Assembly (NCBI GenBank): GCA_951406725.2
Contig: OX597816.1
Location: 19,406,001 to 19,470,000 of the forward strand
Direction of reading: 5' to 3'
Length of the DNA stretch: 64,000 nt
From: Octopus vulgaris
Taxonomy: Eukaryota
Position numbers and translations under genes: made by a program. Every line of letters begins with the position of its first letter. Positions within the stretch are counted from its first letter, which is position 1. Below are positions 1-13,222 of the stretch, in pieces. The notes beneath the pieces were generated by a model, which was not told the DNA's origin, ran no database searches, and saw only the letters and a program-made list of their open reading frames with translations.

Positions 1-295
1 TAAGTTCTAAGACGTCATACATTATCATATAGGTAATGAAAGACAAAATTTCGCATAAATAATTTAGAAATAAATAATTTGTTACCGGATCTTTATCAAA
101 TTATGAGGGAAATAATATTGACATACCTTATGCCATTGCATTATCAGAAAAAAATGGTGGAATTTGAACAATTTTAAAATCCTTCAGTTTGATAAGGTGT
201 TCCTTAAAAATCCTTTTAAATCCGTATGCATATATCTCTCTTATTCGCACTGTCTCTATGTAGATGCCTGTTTACGAGTGTGAGTGTTGTGCATA

Positions 296-616
<321 letters not shown>

Positions 617-822
617 TTTTAGTTTCAGCTCATGCACCGCCGTTTTGTGCTACACTGTTATTGCGACGTACCTCGTCTAATATGTGGCACTTGGTGAAGA
701 ATGAAGTTTGATACAGCTACTCTCATTTGCACCTCTTGCCGTGAGGTAGGTTCATCTGGGACTCTTGACAGGAAGATGTCCAGCTTTGATTTAAAAACCG
801 CTACATCTACTTTGTGCAAGTT
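617..822 (-). mobile_element. 3' end of a CR1/L2-group LINE (ORF2 C-terminus plus short 3' UTR)
   Basis: The minus strand translates [37 protein letters not shown], matching the FKxxLDxFLxxxPDxP...SN..HQ C-terminus of CR1-like ORF2. It is followed by the tail ggcggtgcatgagctgaaactaaaa. Confidence 0.7.
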
Positions 823-823
823 C

Positions 824-876
<53 letters not shown>

Positions 877-1256
877 ACATATCCCTCTATAACTCCTTGT
901 CTTCCTGTTTCTGTCTACCTCACTCAGCTATCTCTATTGCTGCGGAATCAGTGGTGGTAAGACAAACTCATCTATTAAAATTAAGAATAGTAGTTGCACA
1001 TCTCCAAATTTGTGAAAATGAATATATTCTGTCTGTATTATGCAACTGGTGTTCATTCTATATTAATGAAACGATCGGAAGATGTTATTTGTCACGTATA
1101 TGTTCCCTGTAGGATATTAAACTACGAATTCAAAATACAAGATATACGTTTGCGAGCACATTCGGTATTCTAATATCAATGCACAAACACATATATTCAT
1201 ATATATGTACATATATATACATATACATATACATATACATACACACACACACACAC

Positions 1257-1308
<52 letters not shown>

Positions 1309-1384
1309 ATGTGTGTATACATATATCTGTATGTGTATATGTGTATACGTATATAGTATGTATGTATGTATATAAGTTGGTATG

Positions 1385-1560
1385 TACATGGAGAGAAGAA
1401 TACCAAAAATATTTATAGATGCTTTGAGCTGAAAGTTGAAAAGCATAACATAAAATGAGCGACAAGCAGATTCAAAAATACGCAGCTGCGAATAAATATG
1501 CACAAGAAAAACATCAAACTTCCGAATGCAAAACAGACCCACAAAAAAGTAACTTATAGG
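1385..1560 (+). mobile_element. Possible highly decayed PLE GIY-YIG fragment
   Basis: One frame gives RINMHKKNIKLPNAKQ, weakly like the R..H...I segment after the YIG motif. Many stops. Confidence 0.2.
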
Positions 1561-1646
1561 AATAGCTTGCATTCTTAATAAATCGATATCATTGTAGAAA
1601 ATATATGAAAAATAATCATGTGTATGTACGTATGTATGTATGTATG

Positions 1647-1678
<32 letters not shown>

Positions 1679-2336
1679 CATACATATATATACATATATA
1701 TATATATGTATACACACTTAAATTCACTCACAGACACAGTCATGTCTGCACGTATGTATGTTTATATGTATATATATATATATATATACATACAGAGAAA
1801 ACGAGTGAGGGAGAGATAGAGAATAATCGAATTCCACTGATTGGAATTTCAACTGACTTCTAAGTCTAACATCAGCACGTTAAAATTTTTAATACAGAAA
1901 TAAAAAAAAAAATAGAGAAACATACCCAATTTCTTTTAATGTAATATAACTTCATAGAAAAAAAAAATGAAAATCAAAAATTTTATATATCATCAATACT
2001 TTTAAAAGGAAAATTTTGTTAATTTATCCCTCAGAGAATCTTATTCAAGTACCACGTTCGTTCACCCTTCGATAAGTGAAAAATATTTAAACAGAAATAT
2101 GTGTGCATGCCTGCCTTCCTGCATCGTTGCATTCAACTGTGCAATATTGTGGGATGTGCCTTGAGTTTCAGAATATGAATTGTGTATATATACATACATA
2201 CAGGCATAAAAACACACACACACACACACACACATATCTTTCCCTTCTTTTCTGAGCGTCAATAATACTTTAATTGTTCCACGTCTTCGCGTTGCTGTGT
2301 TTTTTCTCTTTTTTCTGTTTTCTTGTTTGGATTAAC

Positions 2337-2402
<66 letters not shown>

Positions 2403-2477
2403 TATATATATGCACATATACATATAAATATATATATGCACACATACATATACATACATATATATATACATACAGAT

Positions 2478-2545
<68 letters not shown>

Positions 2546-2548
2546 CAT

Positions 2549-2772
2549 TATGCCTTAAAAAATGGATTTACAACATCAATATCCCTACATATCTTGCACC
2601 TATTTTCTTTCCTCCCCCTCAATCTCTATTTTGTATCACATCTAAACTAACTATGACTTAACCATCCACTCACACTGTTTCCAATGAAGGGATATGATCA
2701 ATAAATATCCTGGAAACAGCTGTAAGACCTTCTATCTATAAATGTTCTAATATCTACACAGCCTTGGTCTTT

Positions 2773-2795
<23 letters not shown>
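2549..2795 (+). mobile_element. PLE pseudo-LTR-like fragment between (TA)n tracts
   Basis: Unique sequence flanked by (TA)n on both sides, containing a hammerhead-like motif at 2677-2728. Confidence 0.55.
2677..2728 (+). ncRNA. Degenerate minimal type I hammerhead ribozyme
   Basis: gttt-CCAATGA-ag-ggatat...atatcc-tg-GAAA-cagctg-TA-agac. Helix II and a palindromic helix III (ACAGCTGT) are present, but the core is mutated. Confidence 0.55.
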
Positions 2796-3253
<458 letters not shown>

Positions 3254-3483
3254 GTAGTGACTCATTAAACTAAGGCCAACAACATGGAATTCCAAATATT
3301 TTTGTGGAGTTTTCCAGAATGTTTTGCCAAAAATGAAGACGTCAGAAAACCACGTTACAAAGCCCACCAATCCAAGAAAAGCATGTGCTATTTTAAAATT
3401 GCTACACTTTAAAGGAAAGGCAACTGCTTCAAACCTCTGTTTCATTCCAATTGAGAAATTTAATATACGAGTTGCACACTGCG

Positions 3484-3545
3484 GACTCTTGTAAGGAATC
3501 TGATAATTAAAAGCGACTCTCGTAAGGAATCTTATAATTAAAAGC
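3484..3545. repeat. 31-bp tandem duplication
   Basis: gactcttgtaaggaatctgataattaaaagc followed by gactctcgtaaggaatcttataattaaaagc. Confidence 0.9.
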
Positions 3546-3829
3546 AGATGAGTGTTGAAAGTTTACCTCTTGTCCCGGACACTAACAAACTTAATCAGAT
3601 AGCGTTCGATAAAAATACTTCGTTCACGTCAACGGCAAAAGGTTGGTTGAATTACTACTTCCTGGGCAAAGTGAGCCATCTCTGGATTCCAATACCAGGC
3701 GCGCATGACTTCTTTCTCTTGGCTGATCCTCTACAAAATCAGTAGGTGTAGTAAAACAGTTATTTGTGCTTTAAAACTCCCACTCTTCCTAGATTACAAT
3801 AATATTATATCAAAATGTTTGTATATTAT

Positions 3830-4231
3830 TTTCTACTCTAAGCACAAGGCCCGAATCTTTAGGGGATGGGGCCAGTCGATTATATATCGAACCCAGTATG
3901 CAACTGGTTCTTAATTCATCGACCCCTAAAGGATGAAAGGCAACGTCGTCCTCGGCGGAATTTGAACTCAGAACGTAAAGACAGACAAAATACCCCTATG
4001 CATTTTGCCCGGCTTGCTAACTTTTCTTATTTCTGTATTGCCACGGGACAAACAAGGGATGAAGTCGATTACATCGACACCAGTGCGTAACTGGTACTTA
4101 ATTCATCGACCCCGAAAGGATGAAAGGCAAAGTCGACTGCGGCAAAATTTTAGCTCAGAACGTAGCGGCAGACGAAATACTGCTAAGCATTTCGCCCGGC
4201 ATGCTAACGTTTCTGCCAGCTCGCCTCCTTT
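3830..4231 (-). mobile_element. Two adjacent tRNA-derived SINE copies (family A, Nin/Deu-like central domain)
   Basis: Minus strand shows the head ggcgagctggcagaaacgttagc, a B-box-like gagttcaaattcc, and the core gcctttcatcctttcggggtcgat..aagtaccagt resembling the Nin domain. Confidence 0.85.
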
Positions 4232-4598
4232 AAAATGTTTATATATTAAAAGGTTTGTAGTGTTCTCTAATAACATATAACAAATTTATACTAATATATC
4301 ACTCAGCAACATGTCTCGGTTTTCTTGCATTTGCAAAAATTAACAGTAGCAAAAATGAGACGGATGGCATCGCGTACATTCATATCTAAGGGTAATTCTC
4401 CCTGCCGCAAACCATATTTGTACAGAGCAAGATACGTATATTATATCTGCGTCTGCTTTGGTGTGGTGACTTCGGTACGCTGTTAGTAGATTTCTGGTTT
4501 TACTATCTAGGTTTCTCAATTCACTGATCTTTCAGTTATTATGGTATGGCTATCGTGTTTATCCGTATTATCATATTTTTAACATTAAGTGTTATATT

Positions 4599-4682
<84 letters not shown>

Positions 4683-5016
4683 GCCTTTGCACAGCTTCTA
4701 ACGCTGGAGATCAGTTGTTCACTACCAGTGAACTAAGGTAACACCTCTTATTTTTCCAGAGTATTCGAGTGGTCCCAAACAGTGCTGTTTTCTGCAAGTG
4801 CTCCTTCTTTATTGCAGCCCTTATTTGATCCACATACTTCTCGAGATTTTTGCTCAATCTTCCAGGGGCTCCGACAGTTATTGGTACTACTGCTACCTTT
4901 TCCATCGACCATAACTGCATAACCTCCCAAGCTAACATGTCATATCTCTCAACTTTTCTTTCTTCCTTATCGCATAACGTGTTGTCCGCTGGGCATGCTA
5001 TATCAATGATCCGGTA
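4683..5016 (-). mobile_element. 5'-truncated R4/Dong-like non-LTR retrotransposon (RLE C-terminus plus 3' UTR) within (TAA)n
   Basis: IIDIACPADNTLCDKEE..KVERYDMLAWEVMQLWSMEKVAVVPITVGAPG...LQKTALFGTTRIL is an RLE C-terminus. (TAA)n lies on both sides. Confidence 0.85.
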
Positions 5017-5679
5017 TACTTATTATTATTATTATTATGATTATTGTTGTTGTTGTTGTTGTTCTTGTTGTTTGTATAATCAGTATGTCACTTATTCCTA
5101 CAAATGCTAATACTCCTAAATTAATTCGCAGGATGTTATCCGTCATTGTGTTGACAAGATGTTTCCTTAATTCTCAAAACTGTTCTTGAAGATTCTGGCA
5201 GCAAACAGCATGATATTTGTCTGCTAGCTGTTAATACTTGTTCCACTCCTAATACGTTTCCGACTTGGAGATATCAGTATGAGTATACTGTCACGGAGCG
5301 CTAAGAAGCAGTAGAGTAATTTTAACCCTTATGTTTCAAAATATTTTCATATCGAATGCTAAATCTTTATATTTCTCAACTTAATGAATTTCCTTGATAT
5401 CTAATGATTAAATTATGGGATTTTACAAACCGAAAACTTACTGAAGGTCAGCTAAATATTTTATGGGCAGTTATTTCTTTATTTGCGAATGATTAAATTA
5501 TGAGATTGCAAACTATACAAGCTACTGCGAGTTTAGTTACTTCCTGTCGTATATGACTATATCAACCTTTGTATATCTGTGTTATTAAAAATTTGTCTCC
5601 ATAGAGATATACTAAAGTTCCTGTAATTATCATTCAACAAAATTACATAACATGCTAACGTACACTTTTAGCGACACTG

Positions 5680-6445
5680 ACTTGTCTGTCTTTATATCTT
5701 TATATTCCTAACTACTCCCACATTTTGCGGTGCAGTTTAACCAAAACCGGGTATCTTATAGTCGTGATTCATATCGAGCCCTTCTGGGTATTAGCGCGCG
5801 TCTACGATTAGTCTACGATTTTAAAATAATTTACCATCGTTTTTTTCTATTTTAATGCATTTTTTCGCTATTATATAAGGGAAGTAACTCTCTAAAAATG
5901 TTTACGATGGGTCAGCGATTTAAAAAAAAATTTACCATCATTTTTTTCCATTTTTAATGCATTTTTTTGCTATTTTTGGGCTATAACTCTCTAAAAATGC
6001 TTATAGAGTTATTTCCCTTACAAACCAGAGCAACGCCGGGCGATACTGCTCGTTATATATAAAAGTAAGGTTGTGTGTCTGTCTTCTACGATTTAGATTC
6101 CTAACTACTCCCACATTTTGCGGTGCAGTTTAACCAAAACCGGGTATCTTATAGTCGTGATTCATATCGAGCCCTTCTGCGTATTAGCGCGCGTCTACGA
6201 TGAGTCTACGATTTAAAAAATAATTTACCATCATTTTTCCATTTTAATGCATTTTTTCGCTATTATATAAGGGAAGTAACTCTCTAAAAATGTCTACGAT
6301 GAGTCAATGATTTAAAAAAATATTTACCATCATTTTTTTTCCATTTTTAATGCATATTTTTGCTATTTTTTGGCTATAACTCTCTAAAAATGCTTATATA
6401 GTTATTTCCCTTACAAACCCGAGCAACGCCGGGCGATACTGCTAG
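5680..6445 (+). mobile_element. Head-to-tail pair of non-autonomous Helitron units (about 380 bp each)
   Basis: Two near-identical units (about 5680-6052 and 6054-6445). Each ends in a GC hairpin (cccgagcaacgccggg) and ..gatactgCTAG/CTCG. Unit 2 begins tatatataaaagtaaggttgtgtgtctgtc. Confidence 0.8.
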
Positions 6446-6911
6446 TTCCTTAATAAATTATCACGCAGGAAATAGTTGATACATTACTCACTTTTGCCAA
6501 ACATTTTTACGTGGCATATGACTAAGTTTTGTCAAAATTTGCCTTCTTCAAATTCGTTCTAATATCTTGTATGTCTAGGACCATCATAAGATTTACACGT
6601 ACATGTTTCGGCCAAAATAATCGTTCTTCACTTCAAACACCTTCAGCCACCTACATGAAACGGCCACGATATTTTTTTGCATTTCTTGTTATTTGTCGCA
6701 TCGTTCTATACAATATTATTTGTGTTTCCTTTTCTTTTAACAGCTAGATCGAGTGATTTGGGTGTTTTCAGTCTGCAGAGAATAGTCTTCTTTCTCTTTA
6801 CACACACACACACACATACACACAGATACACACACTCACACACATAGACACACACAGACACACACACACAAAATGTATTCCAAAGATATCACAGACACAT
6901 GTGATGTCTAT

Positions 6912-7192
6912 CATTCTTCTTCTACGTCTTCATCTTCTTCTTCATCTTCATTTTCTTCATCTTCTTCTTCTTCTTCTTCTTCTTTTTCTTCTTCTTCATC
7001 TTCTTCTTCTTCTTCTTCTTCTTCTTCTTCTTTTTCCCCTTCTTCTTCTTCTTCTTATTTATCCTCTTCTTCATCTTCTTCTTCTTCTTCTTTTTCCTCT
7101 TCTTCATCTTCTTCTTCTTCTTCTTCTTCTTCTTCTTCTTCTACTTCTTTTTCCCCCTCCCCCTCCTCCACCTCCTGCTCCTCACCATCATT

Positions 7193-7225
<33 letters not shown>

Positions 7226-7232
7226 GTCGTAT
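6912..7232. repeat. (CTT)n/(CAT)n compound trinucleotide microsatellite
   Basis: Directly visible. It explains the poly-S/L/K/H ORFs. Confidence 0.97.
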
Positions 7233-7925
7233 TCGTATTCGTTGCTATTAATATTACGTCAGCAAAGGAAGAGAAGAAAAGACTATCAATAAAAGCGACA
7301 CCATCCTTGTTGACAGTCTCTGTAAATAGCATTCACAAGTGGCAAGACAATAAATATACACGTGAGAAAGCGTTACGTAACCTAACACATACACACACTA
7401 CACTAACTACGAACATCACCAGCCATCTGAAATCACGCTCACACAACACAATAGAACTATATATTGAATAACCAGAAGCCAAACTAGTAAAACTAATGAC
7501 AAAATCCCCAGCATTATATGGGTATCATTATTCAAGTGTAATACAGAGGGAAAGGGAGATGGTGACACAGTCAGACAGACACAGAATGATCGATATAGTT
7601 CTTTCATAATATGGTTTGTGATGCCGAAACATGCAGCGGAATTGTTTCTCAGATTTATTGCTTGAAAACTTCTCACCTAAAGAAGGAAAAGAATACATAA
7701 AATGTATTTTATTTCTTGACAAATCAGCAATTGATTTTTGTATCTTATATAAAAATACGATGTCAGTAACTGTATCAGCCAGGGGTTTATTGCAACCAGA
7801 TCTAAGGAGGAATATTTGAAATCATTTCTTAAATATAAATGGAAACACAGTATGCGAGTACACACAGACGTGAATGCATACTGAAATATACTTTCATATA
7901 GGCATACACATACACACCAACATAT

Positions 7926-8003
<78 letters not shown>

Positions 8004-8111
8004 ATATATATATATAATCATTATATATATATATATGCATTATATATACATATATTTCTAAATACGTACATACACACATACACACACAAATATATATTTG
8101 GATTCATATCT

Positions 8112-8206
<95 letters not shown>

Positions 8207-8438
8207 GTGTGTGTGTGTGTGTGTGTATTGTAAGTTCTAAAATCAATGCTACACTTTTGTAACTTGTAAAAGAATTTTCTTGACAGATGTGTAATATCGA
8301 ATAGATGTCTATTTTGCTGAAATGATGTAATGCGCTGAAATTCATATCCGTATCAGCTTCTTGACTGAAATACAGAAATAGAGGATCCTTTCCCTGTTTA
8401 TGAAAATAAATTTTCTTAAATTACTAATTAAGGGCATG

Positions 8439-8638
8439 GTACAGTTCTATATTTAGGAGATGAGGAATTACGTACGTTATTTACAATTGACGGATATTTG
8501 TCCTCATCTTCCTTGTTGTTAACACAATGTTTCGGGTGATATACTCTCCAGCTTTCATCAGGTGTCTTGGGGAAATTTCGAACCTGGGTTCTCATTCCTA
8601 AGGTATTTTTCGATGTTGTTATTATTTTGTTGTTGTTG

Positions 8639-8690
<52 letters not shown>

Positions 8691-8764
8691 AGGTCACTGC
8701 CAGGAATCGAACTCGGAATCTTGTTATTATTAGCCTGTACTCTTAACCACTACGCCATATGCCC
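8439..8764 (-). mobile_element. tRNA-headed SINE-like element with internal (TAA)n and a hammerhead-bearing tail
   Basis: Minus strand reads gggcatatggcgtagtggttaagag (A-box), gagttcgattcc (B-box), (TAA)n, then gacacCTGATGA...GAAAcattgtgtt. A gggcatg direct repeat sits at 8432-8438 and 8767-8773. Confidence 0.75.
8521..8566 (-). ncRNA. Minimal type I hammerhead ribozyme (decayed copy)
   Basis: gacac-CTGATGA-aagctg-gagagtatat-caccc-GAAA-ca-TT-gtgtt. The core is canonical and helix I (gacac/gtgtt) pairs. Helix II is partly broken, and the loopless helix III reads ACAT (ACGT would pair). Confidence 0.6.
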
Positions 8765-8899
8765 GTGGGCATGATATTGTCTCTCTGAAGTTATGTTAGC
8801 CGCTAAAATTTTCCTGGATTTAATATTTTCTTTCCCTAAACTCAAGATGAATATTTATCAATACTAACATTTCACAACTTCGTTCTTACGGTCGTCGTA

Positions 8900-9125
8900 A
8901 TCGTTAACTTTACACTACTTTAAATGCTAAACGGCACTGATTCCCGCTTCGCTTCCTAAATTCAAATTCAGTCAATTCGGATTTGCATCCTCCTTTCGTA
9001 GTCGATAAAATGAAGATTGATGATTGATGATTGATGAACACGAAGATTGATGAACGCTGTGTGTCCCAGCACCTCAATTTTTAAACCCCTTGTGCTTATG
9101 GTAGAAAGGATTATTATTATTATTA
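8900..9125 (+). mobile_element. Old, degraded family A SINE
   Basis: Remnants aattcaaattc and cctttcgtagtcgataaaat, plus the tail ccttgtgcttatggtagaaaggattattat. Confidence 0.5.
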
Positions 9126-9127
9126 TT

Positions 9128-9544
9128 TTTTCGTCTTCTTTCAAATTTGCTTCCATTTCTTGCCGAGCGTCTTCCCGACTCCTAGGGCAAAGAAACTCAT
9201 AATATACATTGGTAGACCATTAAACCAAACTCAATAGTTCGTTCATTTTAAAAATTTTTTTAAGGTTAAATTGAAATACATGGACAGTAACAGCTCTCAC
9301 AGCGACAATGCTCTTCTTAATACGTGTGATGTACCGGTTAAGACAATCTTTTGCACTTCTTGCAGGGATGGTGAGCCAGGGATCATTCTCATATAATTTT
9401 CGGTTCCCTTCTTGATCATTCCTTGTGCTCCTACGATTACTGGTATTGTAACCGCCTTGAGATGCCACATTTTCTCAATTTCAATGAGCAGGTCTTTATA
9501 TTTTTTGAGCTTGTCAAACTCTTTCGCCGAGATGTCAAACTCTT

Positions 9545-9546
<2 letters not shown>
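9128..9546 (-). mobile_element. 5'-truncated R4/Dong-like retrotransposon within (TAA)n
   Basis: ISAKEFDKLKKYKDLLIEIEKMWHLKAVTIPVIVGAQGMIKKG...QKIVLTGTSHVLRRALSL*, followed by a 3' UTR. (TAA)n flanks. Confidence 0.9.
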
Positions 9547-9584
<38 letters not shown>

Positions 9585-9984
9585 GGACAATGCTTGCTAT
9601 GATGTCATGATCTCGCATATTATTTCTGGACTAATGGCGTACATCCACTGGTAATGTGACACGTGGTTTCACCATTTTGACCCAAAATTCTGCACTTATC
9701 ACTTTCTGATCTCTTGTTTATTCTGTTTTTGCTGTAATTCGCTCTTAACTTTTCTCTTGGGCAGTACAAATTAGAGCCCCCGTTGCAGGTTTTAAATCAC
9801 ATTTAGTCACCCATAGCTATCTTTTTATTCTCTGTCTGTCTTATCTTCAATATCCCTATGAAATTGTTTATGCAGTCTTTTCTTTATGCACCTATTTTCA
9901 GTTTAATTCATTCTCAAGTACTTGTACTTTACTTTTTCTTTGCAATCTTCCATCCTACACAAGCCTGACATTCTTATTTCCAAT

Positions 9985-10426
9985 TTAAGGTGGCGAGCTG
10001 CCGCTACGTTCTGAGTTCTAATTCCATCGATGTCGACTTTGCCTTTCATCCATTCGGGGTCGATAAATTAAGTACCAGTTATGCACTGAGGTCGATATAA
10101 TCGACTTAATCCATTTGTCTGTCCTTGCTTGTCCTCTCTGTGTTCAGCCCCTTGTGGGGAGTAAAAAAATAGGTATTTAAGGCGGTGAGATGGCAAAACA
10201 GTTAGCACGCCGGGCGAATTGCGTAGCCGTATTTCGTCTTCCGTTACGTTCTGAGTTCAAATTCCGCCGAGGTCGATTTTGCTTTTCATCATTTCGGGGT
10301 CGATATATTAAGTACCAGTTACTGACTGGGGTCGATGTAATCGACTTAATCCGTTTGTCTGTCCTTCTTTGTCTCCTCTGTGTGTAGCCCCTTGTGGGCA
10401 GTAAAGAAAGGGGTAATAAAGAAACA
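9985..10426 (+). mobile_element. Dimeric family A SINE flanked by an 18-bp target-site duplication
   Basis: Two monomers start at about 9985 and 10177. gacattcttatttccaat is identical at 9967-9984 and 10427-10444. Confidence 0.9.
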
Positions 10427-11524
10427 GACATTCTTATTTCCAATAATAGTGGTTGTGTGACATCTTTACATACCATGCTATGTTGTTTTCTTGTGTTCTA
10501 ATTCTGTGTTCGAATCCAATCAGTCTATTTCTCCATCTTTTTATTCTTTCCTATTTTCTCCTTTTTTAAAAATAAAAATAAAAATTCGAGAAGTTACTTC
10601 CTATTTTCTTTTCGCGTTAACAACAAATAATCTAAGGGTTTTGCTAAATCTTACTAAATTAGAGCAAATTTTAAAATCGTAGAATATTTGCGTTTCTACT
10701 TTTTGCAAAATCCAAATGATTTTAGCAGAAACAACTATTTGCTAGTCAGTGAATTCCTTAACATGCTATTGAATCCCCTCTACGCTTCATACTGGTAGAT
10801 TTTCCACTTTTATATCATATCTGAATAATATAATCAGTACTATATTACGTGACTATCAGAAATAAACTCTATATGGTTTGGAAAGAGATCACATATTTTC
10901 TGTCTTTACACTTTCAAACATACATAAATATACATGTTCATTCTCATACATACATACATACATACATACATACATACATACATACATACATACATGGATA
11001 CATGCATCTGAATATGAGTGCATATGTGTGTATATGTGTACGTATTCATTCATGCCTGTATATATTGTATACACTTTTACATATGTTTGTCGGTGTAAAC
11101 TCTTGCAGTTATTGAAGCTAGTATTAAGCTAAGAAACCTAAAGTCCCACTGGTGCTTCCGTCAATGCTTTAAGACGTCAACACTGGTGTAACATATATAA
11201 GAAATTTTTACTTGCCTGCACATGTTCGGATTCGTAGTCGCTATTAATTCTAGTGATAGTGCTCACAAGAAAACACAAAAAAGTAATTCCCAAATCTTCC
11301 ATCATCCGCAATCATCACTAAAAATGTGTCTTCTAAACTGATGCAATTTAAAACCAATCTACATTTAAACTCCATTTATAATTCATTTCCAAACATCTCT
11401 TCACGTATAACATTTTGTCAACCATTTGTACATATAGAAACCATTGTAACATTTCGCTTCTTTTCTCACCTAATAGTGCGCCGCTGATATGATTAAAAAT
11501 TAATTATACCTCTCCTGCTTTAGT

Positions 11525-11765
11525 GGAGGCGCGTGGCTTAGTGGTTAGGGTGTCAGCACCATGATAGTAAGATTGTGATTTCCATTCCTGGACTGGGCGG
11601 CGTGTTGTGTTCTTGAGAAAAAACACCGCATTTCACGATGCTCCAGTTCACTCAGCTGGCAAAAATGAGTAACGCTGCGTTGGACTGGTGTCCCGTCTAG
11701 CTGGTGAACACATACGCCATTGAAATCGGGAAAGGCTAGGCTTTAAAATGGCGCATTTATTATTA
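11525..11765 (+). mobile_element. tRNA-derived SINE with Meta/V-like central domain (family C)
   Basis: A-box gtggcttagtggttag, then tgttcttgag..cactcagctg..aaaatgagta..ctgcgttggactgg..tcccgtc..gaaatcggg. A decayed TSD-like ttatac..cctgctt lies on both sides. Confidence 0.7.
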
Positions 11766-11775
11766 TACGCCTGCT

Positions 11776-11987
11776 TCAACCCGTTATTATTTAAGCTAGT
11801 TACATTAGGTCTAAATAATTCAAACTAACGAAGTCAATTCTCTCATACCTACGTTACAATGTCATTATACAATAAACAGTTGTACCAACGAAATCTCAAA
11901 TCTAAAACAAAGTGCATGATTAATTAAATATAATATGAATAAATAAGCATTATATTTGAGCGAGAAATCTCAATGCTAGACGGTTAA
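11776..11987. mobile_element. Degraded piggyBac-like MITE
   Basis: The ends tcaa-cccgtta and tagacgg-ttaa resemble TTAA-CCC...GGG-TTAA termini. Confidence 0.4.
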
Positions 11988-12402
11988 TTCATTGGCAAGG
12001 TGATGATGGAAGGTGCAAACTAATTTTTCAGTTCCGTGTCTGGTCTCATCACCATATTTTCTAATCTTTAAAATGAAATAAATTTAATGAAATCACCGAA
12101 AAAAATAAACGATTTCTCTAAGCAAGGATTGTAATCATCATCATCATTATCATCATTCTTCGTCATCATTATCACCTTCATCATCATCATCATCATTATC
12201 ATCATCAACAATAACAAAAAACTTACCACTGCATCAACAAAATACAAAGAATTTCAACAGCAGAAATCAGCAGAAAGAGTGGGGGGTATGTTTACTGAAA
12301 TGCCTTCCAGCAAAACGAAAGACAATTACAACACGTTTTCCATGAGCTTTTTTTTTATGTTCAAATTTATTTCATTCCTACACTCCTAAATATCTCCTTT
12401 TT

Positions 12403-12423
12403 ACTACAACAACAACAACAGCA

Positions 12424-12518
<95 letters not shown>

Positions 12519-12519
12519 A

Positions 12520-12599
<80 letters not shown>

Positions 12600-12774
12600 T
12601 AATAATAATAATAGTAAAACTATTAATAATAATAATAATAATAACGATAACAACAATAATAATAATGATAATGCTGATGCTACTACTGATATTATTATTA
12701 TTATTACTATTATTTTATTAATATTATTATTACTATTATTACTATTATTTTTATTATTGTTATTATTATTATTA

Positions 12775-12817
<43 letters not shown>

Positions 12818-12922
12818 TACTATTATTATTAATACTGTTAATATTATTATTAATATTATCATTATTTTTATTATAATTATAATAATCATTATTGCACACA
12901 TCACCATCATTATTATTATTGC

Positions 12923-12955
<33 letters not shown>

Positions 12956-13222
12956 TATTAGTAGTAGTAGTAGTAATAGTAGTAGTAGTTCTTGTTGTTG
13001 TTATAGTTGTTGCTATCATGGCTCTCACTACTTAGTACCACAAATTATACTATTAATGATGAGCAAATAGCAATATCGGTAATATAAATTGCAATACAAA
13101 TATATACAATTCCACTACTAATAATATGATGATGATGAACAAGAAGAAGAGGAGGAGGAGGAGGTGGCGGAAGAGAAGGAGGAGGAGGAGGAGGAGGAGG
13201 AGGAGGAGGAGGAGGAGGAGGA
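12403..13222. repeat. Compound trinucleotide microsatellite block (ACT/ACG/AAT/ATT/AGT/AGG)
   Basis: Directly visible. Confidence 0.97.

Noticed and set aside
9590-9680. Plus-strand ISHIISG..AYIHW resembling the Dong knuckle region
   Set aside because: Too short and internally deleted to call with confidence.
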